From positions 1-64,000 of IMG/VR virus record IMGVR_UViG_3300042356_001708: 64,000 bases of DNA; one strand, 5' to 3'. Below the pieces are notes generated by a model that saw only the letters and a program-made list of their open reading frames with translations, did not search any database and was not told the origin of the DNA. This document shows positions 1 to 9,543 of this stretch, one piece after another (positions within the stretch are counted from its first letter, which is position 1; every line of letters starts with the position of its first letter). A program made the position numbers and the translations under genes. The stretch is from a virus.

Positions 1-2
1 AT

Positions 3-959
3 GAATTTGACGAGTACAATGAGTCAGATAACATGGAAGTTGAAGGTATGGGAGAAACTATCTATGAAATTACTTTAGACGAAGAAATGGACGAGGAACT
101 TGACGAAGAAATGGACGAGGAACTTGACGAAGAATGGTCTGAAGAAATGGACGAAGAGGACTACAACGAAGAAGAAATGACAAATGAAAGCATTGGATTC
201 AAACCAAAGGGTGAAGGATTTGGAAAGGCAAAATTTGACTACAAGAAAACTACAGGAGGTTTCAAGGAAGACAAGAAACAAGGAACTCGTGGAGTTGGAA
301 TGGGAAAAGGTCCAAAATTTGAATTTAAAGAAGGTGAAACTAAGACAGCTCCGGCAAAACCAAAAGTTAAGCCTGGTACTGAAACTGAGAAAAGACCTGG
401 TAATCCTATGAGAAACCCTAATAAGGAGAATGAACCAGCACCCGCTAAGGCGAAGAAGGAAGAAACTAAAGAAGCTGCTAGAACATTAGGTAATGGTAAG
501 AAATGGGGTAGAAATGGTTTAGATAAACCAAGAACTGCGCCACGTCATTTAGCAATTGAATCAGTTAATTCTGAGTTAGAAATGTTAAAAACTAAAAATG
601 AAGAGTATCGTAAAGCTTTGAACGTGTTCAGAGACAAACTTAACGAAGTTGCGGTATTCAACTCAAACTTGGCTTACGCCACAAGATTGTTCACTGAACA
701 TTCAACTACTAAGCAAGAAAAAATTAACATTTTGAGACGTTTTGACGGAGCTGAAACTATCAAAGAATCCAAAACTTTGTATAAAGTAATAAAAGATGAA
801 CTTTCAAATAAAAACGAATCTCAAGTTGTGAAAGAATCTGTTGAAGTTAGAATCAATAGAACTCCAACTACAGGAGCGGTTAATTTGATTGAGTCAAAAA
901 CTTATGAGAATCCTCAATTCATGAGAATGAAGGATATCATGAACAAATTAATAAAATAA
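3..959 (+). CDS. Prohead core/scaffolding protein (T4 gp22-like), 5' truncated by window
   Basis: Frame is open from base 3 (EFDEYNESDNM...). Acidic N-part, coiled-coil C-part (LNEVAVFNSNLAYATRLF), ends immediately upstream of the major capsid gene. Confidence 0.75.
   Translation, partial: EFDEYNESDNMEVEGMGETIYEITLDEEMDEELDEEMDEELDEEWSEEMDEEDYNEEEMTNESIGFKPKGEGFGKAKFDYKKTTGGFKEDKKQGTRGVGMGKGPKFEFKEGETKTAPAKPKVKPGTETEKRPGNPMRNPNKENEPAPAKAKKEETKEAARTLGNGKKWGRNGLDKPRTAPRHLAIESVNSELEMLKTKNEEYRKALNVFRDKLNEVAVFNSNLAYATRLFTEHSTTKQEKINILRRFDGAETIKESKTLYKVIKDELSNKNESQVVKESVEVRINRTPTTGAVNLIESKTYENPQFMRMKDIMNKLIK
78..134 (+). repeat. 24-bp tandem repeat (gacgaagaaatggacgaggaactt x2 plus partial) encoding DEEMDEEL
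   Basis: Directly visible in-frame duplication inside the scaffold gene. Confidence 0.9.
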
Positions 960-986
960 ACAATAAAATAATAAAAACCAAAAAAA

Positions 987-2852
987 ATGGGAGCATTATT
1001 AGAATCAGGTCTTGTTGGTAACATCGGTCTTAAGCACCTTAAAGTTATCAAAGAAGATACTATTAACAAATGGGACAAATTAGGGTTCCTAGAAGGTCTT
1101 AAAGGCCACCTAAAAGAAAATGTTGCACAATTGTATGAAAACCAAGCGTCACATTTGATTAACGAAGCATCGTCTACAGATTCATCAGGTTCTTTTGAAA
1201 CTGTTGTATTCCCTATCGTAAGACGTGTATTCTCTAAATTGTTAGCTAACGATATCGTATCTGTACAAGCTATGAACTTACCAATTGGTAAATTGTTCTA
1301 CTTCGTACCACGTATCCAAGGTTACAGTGGAGCAACTGCAACTCGTTCAGGAGAGCATTGGGCTCCAGTAGGTTCTCCAGGTAACTATGAGAACCCACAA
1401 AATCCTGATAATGGATATCCTCAAGGTGGTGGAACAGCAGGTACTAATTACTACGCTAAGAACCTTTATGATTTGTTCTACGAAGGTAACGAACCTAGTT
1501 TAGACCCAGCTGGTTTATTTGACTATTCAAAAGGTCAGTGGTCAGCAGTTACTGCAAACGCTACCTTAGTTGCTTGGTCAAACGGAACATTAGCTACAGG
1601 GGCAACTGCAACTGCGGCATATAATGGTACAACAATCAGAAAGGCGTTAATTCAAGTTTGTGGGTTCACTAATGTTGGAGACGGTAAATTAATCGGTCCT
1701 GACGGTAACGAAATGGATACTGAAACTTTCTTATCTGACTTGAGAATTGTTCCAACATCTGACGTTACTGATGCTGAATCTTGGACGGCATCTTGTTTAA
1801 ATGGTTCATCAGTTGTTCCTTTCCGTGTTGTTACACAACAATATGGTAAAGGAATGGTTCAATACGGTTCTTGGAATTCAACTACGTTCCCAACAACAGG
1901 TTCAGGTGGTAAATTCTGGGATATTTGTTCAGGTAATGGATGTATTTATCTTGAAGTTGATTTACAATGTCCAGTATGTTTGACTTGTTCTGCGGATACA
2001 TTAGATGGATATCAAGGAATGGAAGTTGCTTGGGAGACATTAACAGGTGCGAACGAAGCATTTACAGCTGTTTACCGTAGATACGAAGAGTTAGAGTTTG
2101 AAGACAAAATTGGTGAAGTTTCTTTTGATTTGGAATCTGTAACAGTTTCTGTAACTGAAAGAAAATTAAGAGCACAATGGTCTCCAGAAATGGCTCAAGA
2201 CGTGGCAGCGTTCCACAACATTGACGCAGAAGCTGAATTGACAGCATTACTTTCTGAGCAAGTAGCTGCAGAGATTGACCGTGAAATCTTACGTGACTTA
2301 CGTAAAGGTGCCGCTTGGACATTACGTTGGGATTACAACGGATGGAAGAGACTGGGTAACAACGCAGTTCCATATACTCAAAAGGATTGGAACCAAACGT
2401 TGATTACTGCTATCAACCAAATTTCAGCTCAAATCCACAAGTCTACTTTAAGAGGTGGAGCTAACTGGATTGTTGTATCTTCTGAAATCAGTGCAATTTT
2501 TGATGACTTGGAATACTTCCACGTATCAAACGCAGCTCCTGAGCAAGACCAATACAACATGGGTATTGAAAGAGTTGGTACTTTAAGTGGTCGTTACCAA
2601 GTATACCGTGACCCATACTTCCCACCAAACACTGTGTTGATTGGTCACAAAGGAACATCTTTGTTGGATACTGGTTACATCTACGCTCCATACGTACCAC
2701 TTCAATTAACTCCAACTATGTATAACCCATTCAACTTTACACCTATCAAGGGTATCATGACACGTTACGCTAAGAAAATGGTTAACAACCGTTTCTACGG
2801 ACGTATCCAAGTTGACGGTGTTCGTACATTTGACTTGAGAGAATTAAGATAA
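987..2852 (+). CDS. gp23: Major capsid protein (T4 gp23 family) with a large central insertion
   Basis: FPIVRRVF..L.A.DIVSVQAM, RKLRAQWSPEMAQD..AFH.IDAEAEL...LS..V.AEIDREI, YAPYVPL, F.P.KGIMTRY are gp23-family motifs. LINE/A resembles a prohead-protease site. Confidence 0.97.
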   Translation: MGALLESGLVGNIGLKHLKVIKEDTINKWDKLGFLEGLKGHLKENVAQLYENQASHLINEASSTDSSGSFETVVFPIVRRVFSKLLANDIVSVQAMNLPIGKLFYFVPRIQGYSGATATRSGEHWAPVGSPGNYENPQNPDNGYPQGGGTAGTNYYAKNLYDLFYEGNEPSLDPAGLFDYSKGQWSAVTANATLVAWSNGTLATGATATAAYNGTTIRKALIQVCGFTNVGDGKLIGPDGNEMDTETFLSDLRIVPTSDVTDAESWTASCLNGSSVVPFRVVTQQYGKGMVQYGSWNSTTFPTTGSGGKFWDICSGNGCIYLEVDLQCPVCLTCSADTLDGYQGMEVAWETLTGANEAFTAVYRRYEELEFEDKIGEVSFDLESVTVSVTERKLRAQWSPEMAQDVAAFHNIDAEAELTALLSEQVAAEIDREILRDLRKGAAWTLRWDYNGWKRLGNNAVPYTQKDWNQTLITAINQISAQIHKSTLRGGANWIVVSSEISAIFDDLEYFHVSNAAPEQDQYNMGIERVGTLSGRYQVYRDPYFPPNTVLIGHKGTSLLDTGYIYAPYVPLQLTPTMYNPFNFTPIKGIMTRYAKKMVNNRFYGRIQVDGVRTFDLRELR

Positions 2853-2871
2853 TCTATCTTAAACCAAATAT

Positions 2872-2900
2872 AAAAAGGTCAGAGAAATCTGACCTTTTTT
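2872..2900. terminator. Bidirectional intrinsic terminator
   Basis: aaaaaggtcaga-gaaa-tctgacctttttt: perfect stem, GAAA loop, A/T tracts on both sides, between convergent genes. Confidence 0.9.
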
Positions 2901-2904
2901 ATTT

Positions 2905-3519
2905 TTAATCGGTAACAATAGTTACATTATAAAATTTCTTAGTATTAATATCGTAATAATTACAAAATCCATACTTTTTATATTTTGGGTCTTGTAAGAT
3001 TTCCCTATGATGAATGGAAGACCAATATAAATCAAATATTGTTCTTGTATATTCTAAATTAACTGAATTATAATTAGGGTATTCCATCATATATCGTTGG
3101 TCCATTAAACAAACTTCAGCAATCCAATAAAAATTGGTATGGCCTACAAATTTTGCTCTATCTAACGGAGCTACCCCAAAATCAGGATTATAATGAGTGA
3201 CATTTCCCGTTCTACTAATATGACATAATTGAACAAATGCGATTTTTGTTAAATTCTCATCATATATTAGACTTTTTAATCCATAATTTTTTCTAAACTC
3301 ATTAATACATTTGTTAAACTCCCTATCAATAGAGTCAAGATTAACTTTTGATATATTTCTTTGTCTTTGACTCCTATTTAAATCATTACTTGGGTATTTG
3401 GGTAATAATGAATTTGAAGAATTTGTATTATAAATGTTAGAATATAATACATCTAAATTTTTTTGTCCAAATGAGTATACGGACAATAAGATTAAAAATA
3501 AAACATTACTTATCTTCAT
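2905..3519 (-). CDS. Secreted CAP/SCP-domain protein
   Basis: N-terminal signal peptide (MKISNVLFLILLSVYSFG/Q); CAP motifs INEFRKNYGL..L..D..L...A, H, and W.S..HREIL. Confidence 0.75.
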   Translation of the reverse strand: MKISNVLFLILLSVYSFGQKNLDVLYSNIYNTNSSNSLLPKYPSNDLNRSQRQRNISKVNLDSIDREFNKCINEFRKNYGLKSLIYDENLTKIAFVQLCHISRTGNVTHYNPDFGVAPLDRAKFVGHTNFYWIAEVCLMDQRYMMEYPNYNSVNLEYTRTIFDLYWSSIHHREILQDPKYKKYGFCNYYDINTKKFYNVTIVTD

Positions 3520-3745
3520 TATTATTTGGTTTAGTTGTTAAAACTCTGATACTTTTTGATAACACTTCAATTTCCTGCATTGTAAAGATTCCTTTTTGAA
3601 ACCCTTTATGAACGGATTGTATTAGACAATACGTTGCTTGGTCATTATTAATATTAGATATGAATAGTTCTAAATCATTTAGATTGTAATAATCAATTGA
3701 ATCAAATAATGAACCTATAGGTTGTTTTGGGGGTGTGTTTTCCAT
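3506..3745 (-). CDS. Hypothetical protein
   Basis: 79-aa ORF with ATG, preceded by a Bacteroidota-type promoter. Confidence 0.7.
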   Translation of the reverse strand: MENTPPKQPIGSLFDSIDYYNLNDLELFISNINNDQATYCLIQSVHKGFQKGIFTMQEIEVLSKSIRVLTTKPNNNEDK

Positions 3746-3754
3746 ACTCTGAAA

Positions 3755-3762
3755 TATTTATA
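3755..3762 (+). promoter_or_regulatory. TATTTAT(A) putative late promoter for the ORF at 3782
   Basis: Motif 20 nt upstream of ATG 3782; recurs before many structural genes. Confidence 0.55.
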
Positions 3763-3793
3763 CAAATATAGGGTAAATTTTATGAATTACAAA
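3763..3793 (-). promoter_or_regulatory. Bacteroidota housekeeping-sigma promoter TTTG-N19-TATATTTG
   Basis: Exact match to the -33/-7 consensus TTTG-N19-21-TAnnTTTG, upstream of 3745(-). Confidence 0.7.
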
Positions 3794-4669
3794 AAAAATA
3801 AAATAAATGAGGCAACGTCAACAAATTCCTCAGTTGGGAAATATCAAATTCCCCTACAACCGGGAACAAGAATGTTTGACAATGACAATATTACCCCATT
3901 TACTGAACCTGTGTCTAAGTATAATAATGCTTTGTTGGCCTATGATAGTTACGACGGTGAAATGGACGAACCCAAAAAAATAGTTAACAAATTAGAAAAA
4001 AAGACAAGAAAAATATCTTTAAATAGTAAAAAACATCCTGAACAAAATGATGAGGATGGAGGTGTTTTAAATAATGATTATAGTTTAAAAGAAGACATGG
4101 ACTTACTAAAAAATAAAATTTTACAAGTTTTACGTGAAGCAACTAATTCGTTTGTGTCATCAGGACCGTACACTGGACCAATTGAACTTGGATTAAAAAA
4201 ATGGAGAAAACAAGAAAGAGGACCATTTACTGAATTTTCAAAAATACCTACAAATAAATTAAATTTACAAAAAACTTTAAAAGACAATATTAAAAGGAAA
4301 GTTGGAATGTGGGAAAAACACAAAGATTCGGGATACAATATTGAAACACATGATGTTCACACTATCAACGAAGACTTAGGAGTTTGGTTTGGAACAAAAA
4401 AGAAACCAAAGGGTAGTAGTCAACCAAAGGGTCCTTGGGTTAATATTTGTAAAAAAAAGGAAGGTGGGGGACACCCACCGTGTGGAAGACCTGAAGCTAG
4501 TGATAAGGCGTATCCAAAATGTAGAGCTGCGGGAGTCGCTTCAAAAATGACCGACGCTCAAAAAAAGTCTGCATGTGCTCAAAAAAGGAGAGCTGAAAAA
4601 ACAAATCCTAAAACAGGCACTGGAAATAAACCAAAAATGGTTTCATATAAACCAAAGAAGAAGAAGTAA
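3782..4669 (+). CDS. Hypothetical multi-module protein, possible internal head protein; start moved to ATG 3782
   Basis: Two repeated modules (INEATST..GKYQIPL..PFTE and LREATNS..GPYTGPI..PFTE) and a basic Cys-containing C-terminal module (WFG..WVNIC..CGR..YPKCR). Confidence 0.7.
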   Translation: MNYKKNKINEATSTNSSVGKYQIPLQPGTRMFDNDNITPFTEPVSKYNNALLAYDSYDGEMDEPKKIVNKLEKKTRKISLNSKKHPEQNDEDGGVLNNDYSLKEDMDLLKNKILQVLREATNSFVSSGPYTGPIELGLKKWRKQERGPFTEFSKIPTNKLNLQKTLKDNIKRKVGMWEKHKDSGYNIETHDVHTINEDLGVWFGTKKKPKGSSQPKGPWVNICKKKEGGGHPPCGRPEASDKAYPKCRAAGVASKMTDAQKKSACAQKRRAEKTNPKTGTGNKPKMVSYKPKKKK

Positions 4670-5077
4670 TTACATATCCCCTATCTTTGTATAGGCGTTG
4701 ATTAAAGAGTCTTTAATTTGATTTAGGATAAGTATGTCCATTTTATCGGCTCTAACCTCTAATTCCCTCTCAAACCGATTTGTCAACATCCTTTCACTTT
4801 TAGATGTAAGTTTGATTTCATAAGAGTACGAATGATTCGTTACTGATAATACACCATTATCTATCACCATAAAAATACTTAATTCATCATTATGAATATA
4901 ATATTTTTGAGTTATTGGCGTAAAAACTAATAGAGAATCTTCCTTACAGATTAATTTCTTGGCAATTGCGATACACATTCCTGCGTATTTTTTTTGTTCT
5001 ATCTCAACTTGTTTTGGGGATAGGAAATTTCTAAGTAAAATTCTTACTTTAAAATAAGTTCTTTTTATTGGGCTCAT
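4670..5077 (-). CDS. Hypothetical protein
   Basis: 135-aa ORF preceded by TTG-N20-TATCTTTG. Confidence 0.7.
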   Translation of the reverse strand: MSPIKRTYFKVRILLRNFLSPKQVEIEQKKYAGMCIAIAKKLICKEDSLLVFTPITQKYYIHNDELSIFMVIDNGVLSVTNHSYSYEIKLTSKSERMLTNRFERELEVRADKMDILILNQIKDSLINAYTKIGDM

Positions 5078-5096
5078 ATCATTGATGAATATTCAA

Positions 5097-5127
5097 CAAA
5101 GATATGGTAAAATTATTGAATTAACAA
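5097..5127 (-). promoter_or_regulatory. Bacteroidota-type promoter TTG-N20-TATCTTTG
   Basis: -7 box matches TAnnTTTG exactly, with correct spacing to TTG. Confidence 0.6.
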
Positions 5128-5591
5128 TATGGTGACGAACATTTTTTCTTTCCGTCAAGCCCTGGCATTCTACCTTTACACACTTGAACCGCATATCCAT
5201 TCGCATATGCTGAAGGGTATACTTTGAATTTTGACTTCGCTGCAGATTTACCACGAGCACATAACTTTGTTCCCGCTTTTTTACGACCTTCCATCATTGT
5301 CTCAGGTTCAGTTGGGTATCTAACCTCATCTTGCATCTTATGAGTGCTTTTTGTTTCATTCATTAAAAAATCAAACACTTGGTCCATATTGTTTTTCGCT
5401 TCAGCAATATGGTCTTGCGCCCAATCGTGACCGTTTTTAAGAATCTCCTCAACTTGGTTATGGTCTAAATCTAACAATAAATCACATTGTCTTCTCATTT
5501 GTTCTAAATTACTAAAGAACATATATCTTTCACCTTCAGACTCTTTTAGTAATTCTTTTCTTAATAGTTGTTTAATATTCATCTTGTTCAT
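5121..5591 (-). CDS. Hypothetical protein with C-terminal YPSAYANG motif
   Basis: N-terminal IKQLLRKELLKE; C-terminal LCARGKSAAKSKFKVYPSAYANGYAVQVCKG, a motif I recall from other large-phage hypothetical proteins. Confidence 0.7.
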   Translation of the reverse strand: MNKMNIKQLLRKELLKESEGERYMFFSNLEQMRRQCDLLLDLDHNQVEEILKNGHDWAQDHIAEAKNNMDQVFDFLMNETKSTHKMQDEVRYPTEPETMMEGRKKAGTKLCARGKSAAKSKFKVYPSAYANGYAVQVCKGRMPGLDGKKKCSSPYC

Positions 5592-6246
5592 TGTCTTGGT
5601 TTAATTGTTCAGATGCTAGTTTTAAGAAAACTTCTATAATATCTGATTCATAGTCCTCATCAGGTTTTGTTCCTGACTCACTTTTAAATCTATAACCTAA
5701 GTATTTCCCGTCTAAATCAGTGTATATCTTACCATAATATGTTGTATATTCAATCTCAAGAGGACCTTGAAATACTATGTATTTGTCGGTTGTATATATT
5801 TTCATCGCATCAAACGTCATTGTTGGTATTTCACCTTTCGGGTCTTCAAATGAAAATCTATTGTCTCTATCATCAGAAGGAGGAACCTCATCATCTCCAG
5901 CATCGTAAATAACACCTGGGTCTAATTGTCTTTCATAATCCGCAGTTCTACCATCCTCTTCAGGTTCCTCAGAATATTCATCATAGAACATTTGTTCAAT
6001 ATCAGTTAATGATTCTTGTTTTGCAATTTTTTTAGCTAACATTAACATTATTGGTTTTGTATCAAAATCCTCACTACTAACACTTTGTAAAATTCTTTTT
6101 TCAATATCTGATAATGATTCAATTCCTTCAGATGATATTTTATCTAAAATTGTATCCTCATAATTTTGGAACTCATGTGATGATTCTTTTATAATCTGAG
6201 TTATAAATTTAATCAATTCAGATTCCGTTAATCTTACCTTTCTCAT
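5572..6246 (-). CDS. Hypothetical acidic protein with N-terminal VRLTESELIKFITQIIKE leader
   Basis: 224-aa ORF overlapping its neighbours in an operon arrangement. Confidence 0.7.
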   Translation of the reverse strand: MRKVRLTESELIKFITQIIKESSHEFQNYEDTILDKISSEGIESLSDIEKRILQSVSSEDFDTKPIMLMLAKKIAKQESLTDIEQMFYDEYSEEPEEDGRTADYERQLDPGVIYDAGDDEVPPSDDRDNRFSFEDPKGEIPTMTFDAMKIYTTDKYIVFQGPLEIEYTTYYGKIYTDLDGKYLGYRFKSESGTKPDEDYESDIIEVFLKLASEQLNQDNEQDEY

Positions 6247-7787
6247 TTTTTACTAACTATTTGAAATTTAATTTGTCTTTTATAAGTATCTACCTGACCA
6301 CTTGTTTCCACTTTTAAATCAATAAAATATTCATTTGGTATTTTATCTCTAGTGTCAAATATGAAGTAATATTCATTGGGTGTCCTATTAATAGGGGTCC
6401 AATCTTGAACTTGTACTTCAATATTACCTTCTCTCACATATATTCTATATTCAGCGTTAACGTAAGGTAATAATGCATTTGATGTATATGCCTTTTTAAT
6501 TACGACACCAACCTTTCTAACGTCAGTATTTAGGATTTTCTCATCTTGTTTAATTCCGTAAAAATCAAACCCATATATTTGAGGGTCAAAACTCTGAGTA
6601 CCAATTTGAAATTTCTTTGAGAAAGGTTGTAAAATAAATTCATTCTCAACATTTGGTAAAGTTATTCCATTGAATTTTAGATTAGACCAAGTATCTGAAA
6701 AAGTACATGGAGTTATGAAACCTACAAATTCGGGTAAATCAACTTCATATACCCCTAAAGCTCTTTGACATGTGGTTAATCCTGTCATTCCTGATACGGC
6801 GTCTCCATTCGTATCATAAATTGACACACTTGGTGTTACATCTAAATTTTGAGGTTTACCTCCAATATTAACATACAAGAATAATTTATTATTTTGAAAT
6901 TCTACAAATAAATTTCTATCATCTAAAACTACATCATCATATGATGACATTAAAAATGGTTCATAAAATGTTTGAGTATATCGTGAGAAGAATGATACAG
7001 AATAATTTGATGTTAACCCAGTAATATTTTCAAAAGCGGGTACATATGCAATTCCCCAACCTGTAACACCTGTAATTGTACCATTAAGTATTCCATTAAT
7101 TTCTGAAGTCATGTCAAAGTTAATATCCTCATTACCAAAATCAAAATGTTGGGTATCAACAATATGTAGTTGGTTGTAGTTCGTAGTCCCTGAATTTTTA
7201 TTATCGTAAATTCCATGATTTGACCAAAAATCAATAGTTGTTGTTTGAAACCAATTTGAAGGTCTATCTGAAATTGCTTTATCTTCATATGATTGGAACA
7301 TTTCAGAATTTCCGTTGTCAGATATTAATGTCTTATTTGTATTGTAATAATCGTATCCAACACCTTCATCCCAATTTTGAGGATATCCTTCAGGGTCTAA
7401 AGGAATTCTAAATAATATTAAATCAAATGATGTCGCTCTTAATCTCTCATCAGAGTTATAAGTATTCAACAAAGATTCGTCAAATTTTATAGTGTTATAC
7501 ATCACTAAATTGTGTTTTATATTATTAACGCATATTGTAGTTGTTGTTGTAACAACTGAATTATTAGTTAATAAATTACAACAATTGTTACCTAACGACC
7601 CATTATTATATTTTTCTTTAAGTGAATCTAAATCCAAATCAAAGATAAATCTGGTAAATCCTGGTGTTGAAACTGTCCCATTTGAGGAACCGAAAAATAA
7701 ATCAACAACAGGGTTTCTACCTGTATTGATTAAAGAATCAGAAACAATTGTATTGTTTTTGGAAAAATATGACCTATGAATTGACAT
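6243..7787 (-). CDS. Putative virion structural protein; start moved to ATG 7787
   Basis: Beta-rich composition, short Thr run (SVVTTTTTIC), TATTTAT motif 13 nt upstream of the ATG. Confidence 0.6.
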   Translation of the reverse strand: MSIHRSYFSKNNTIVSDSLINTGRNPVVDLFFGSSNGTVSTPGFTRFIFDLDLDSLKEKYNNGSLGNNCCNLLTNNSVVTTTTTICVNNIKHNLVMYNTIKFDESLLNTYNSDERLRATSFDLILFRIPLDPEGYPQNWDEGVGYDYYNTNKTLISDNGNSEMFQSYEDKAISDRPSNWFQTTTIDFWSNHGIYDNKNSGTTNYNQLHIVDTQHFDFGNEDINFDMTSEINGILNGTITGVTGWGIAYVPAFENITGLTSNYSVSFFSRYTQTFYEPFLMSSYDDVVLDDRNLFVEFQNNKLFLYVNIGGKPQNLDVTPSVSIYDTNGDAVSGMTGLTTCQRALGVYEVDLPEFVGFITPCTFSDTWSNLKFNGITLPNVENEFILQPFSKKFQIGTQSFDPQIYGFDFYGIKQDEKILNTDVRKVGVVIKKAYTSNALLPYVNAEYRIYVREGNIEVQVQDWTPINRTPNEYYFIFDTRDKIPNEYFIDLKVETSGQVDTYKRQIKFQIVSKK

Positions 7788-7807
7788 TACCTTTTTTAAG
7801 ATAAATA

Positions 7808-9337
7808 TCAATTAATTCGGATATTTTGATTTAGAATATTAATTGGAGCGGATTGTAGTTCGGTTAGAATACTTGCAACTGAAGTTCCATCACTTGCAAC
7901 AGGAACTGGTTGTACTCCATGAAATGGATGAACATGGGAAATCATAAATTTCACAATTAAATCAATTAATTTCATAAGTTGTTCTCCTCTAACCATTGGT
8001 TCTGTTTTAGGATAGATGTCTGTCATTATTCTGTTTTGGTCTAACCCATAAATTGAGTTTGAAAAATCAATAACCCCCTTATCGTTAATTGATGTTTTGT
8101 GAGATAACAAAAATAGTGTGTCAGCAGCTTGAACATTATATGTGGTTCTTCCGGCTGATGGTAAACTTATTTCAGATGTCTGATTTGTAGATTTTGTTGG
8201 CTGTCCCTCTTCATTTGAATTTGGTATTACCCCAAAACCAACAAGAATACTTGCGGGTCTAACTTTAATTCTAAGATAAATTAAATTTAAATTTGCAAAT
8301 TCAGGTGTGGTTGGGTCACTAAACGCATTGAAAGTTAATGGGTTTGCTCTAAACGCAAAAGGGAATTGGTTTGTAATTGTCTCTCTTGGAAAGTCAGGTA
8401 AATCCCAATTACCTTTATTAAATCCTGATAATAATTTATTAGTTATTTTGACTATATCATTTTTACTTTTGTTATAGAAAGTGTAACTCTTAAATAACTT
8501 AGCGTCTGAACCTAGTTGAGTATTCTCATTAAATTGTTTTGTTGTAAAAATTGATTTTGGAGATAACTCATAAATAGTTAATGTGAAAATGAATTTATCA
8601 AATTGGTTCTCCAAGTTTAGAACGTTATACTCAATTAGATAACGAATTGATTGTTCATCTTCACTCAATGAAATGTATGAATATAAATCAGGGGCATTAA
8701 CCGTACTTGGGAAATCAGATAGTTGTATAAACGACCTTCCATCGTACGGAACAGGGACCTTATTTGACTCTAAAATTTCACATTTACCGCTTCTAATTAG
8801 TATATGTGATTCATTTTTCTCAATCCTATCTTTAATTATAATATCAGAAGAACCACGACCCAATAATGAAGTATCTTGAGGTTCAGGGAATATCCCTTCA
8901 CATTCAGGTTTTGTCTTACCATCAGGACTTTTTAAATCATCAGATGGTTTGTTATTATCCCCTTGACCTGTTTGACCAATCATGTCTTCATATTCCTCAA
9001 GTCCTATATGTTGTATTTGTGCGGGTGGAGGTTGTATATAATATTGGTCTTGGAAATTAACATCTTTATTCATGTAAATGATGTTAACGTATTCTTTTTC
9101 AGCAGGAGTTCTTCCCCCAATAGGTAAAAGAGATTGGAATAAAAATGGGTCAACCCCTTTTTTCCATTTATATTCTGGTTTTAAATCAGTTTTCTCAGCA
9201 TTTAAATACTGAGCGTCTACTAATTTTAATATTGCATCATAAGTTTTAGTTTTATCTTGTACCCTTAATCTATCTATTAATAATGGGTCTTGATTACTAA
9301 TAACCTTACCAGGAAATATTATTTTATTATTTTCCAT
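7808..9337 (-). CDS. Baseplate central spike/hub protein (gp5/gpV-like, no lysozyme domain)
   Basis: N-terminal GKVISNQDPLLIDRLRV (OB-fold-type start); C-terminal PMVRGEQL...SHVHPFHG with the HxH apex motif. Confidence 0.6.
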   Translation of the reverse strand: MENNKIIFPGKVISNQDPLLIDRLRVQDKTKTYDAILKLVDAQYLNAEKTDLKPEYKWKKGVDPFLFQSLLPIGGRTPAEKEYVNIIYMNKDVNFQDQYYIQPPPAQIQHIGLEEYEDMIGQTGQGDNNKPSDDLKSPDGKTKPECEGIFPEPQDTSLLGRGSSDIIIKDRIEKNESHILIRSGKCEILESNKVPVPYDGRSFIQLSDFPSTVNAPDLYSYISLSEDEQSIRYLIEYNVLNLENQFDKFIFTLTIYELSPKSIFTTKQFNENTQLGSDAKLFKSYTFYNKSKNDIVKITNKLLSGFNKGNWDLPDFPRETITNQFPFAFRANPLTFNAFSDPTTPEFANLNLIYLRIKVRPASILVGFGVIPNSNEEGQPTKSTNQTSEISLPSAGRTTYNVQAADTLFLLSHKTSINDKGVIDFSNSIYGLDQNRIMTDIYPKTEPMVRGEQLMKLIDLIVKFMISHVHPFHGVQPVPVASDGTSVASILTELQSAPINILNQNIRIN

Positions 9338-9539
9338 TTATGCGACTTTCGTATTCTTTTAAAATTTTATTATAAACAAATTCTACACCTTCCAAATGTT
9401 TTGTCAAGTGAATGATGTTACTTTTTGTTTGTTCAAAATCTTGCTTCAACAACTCCATACATCCTATCAAATCTTTATTTGTACTTTCTGATAGATTTTG
9501 AGAAACCTCTAATATTTTTTGTCTTAATTCTGTTGCCAT
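9327..9539 (-). CDS. Small coiled-coil hypothetical protein (real start MATELRQ)
   Basis: ATG at 9539 follows the stop of the upstream gene; the longer track start overlaps that gene. Confidence 0.65.
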   Translation of the reverse strand: MATELRQKILEVSQNLSESTNKDLIGCMELLKQDFEQTKSNIIHLTKHLEGVEFVYNKILKEYESRINGK

Positions 9540-9543
9540 AATT

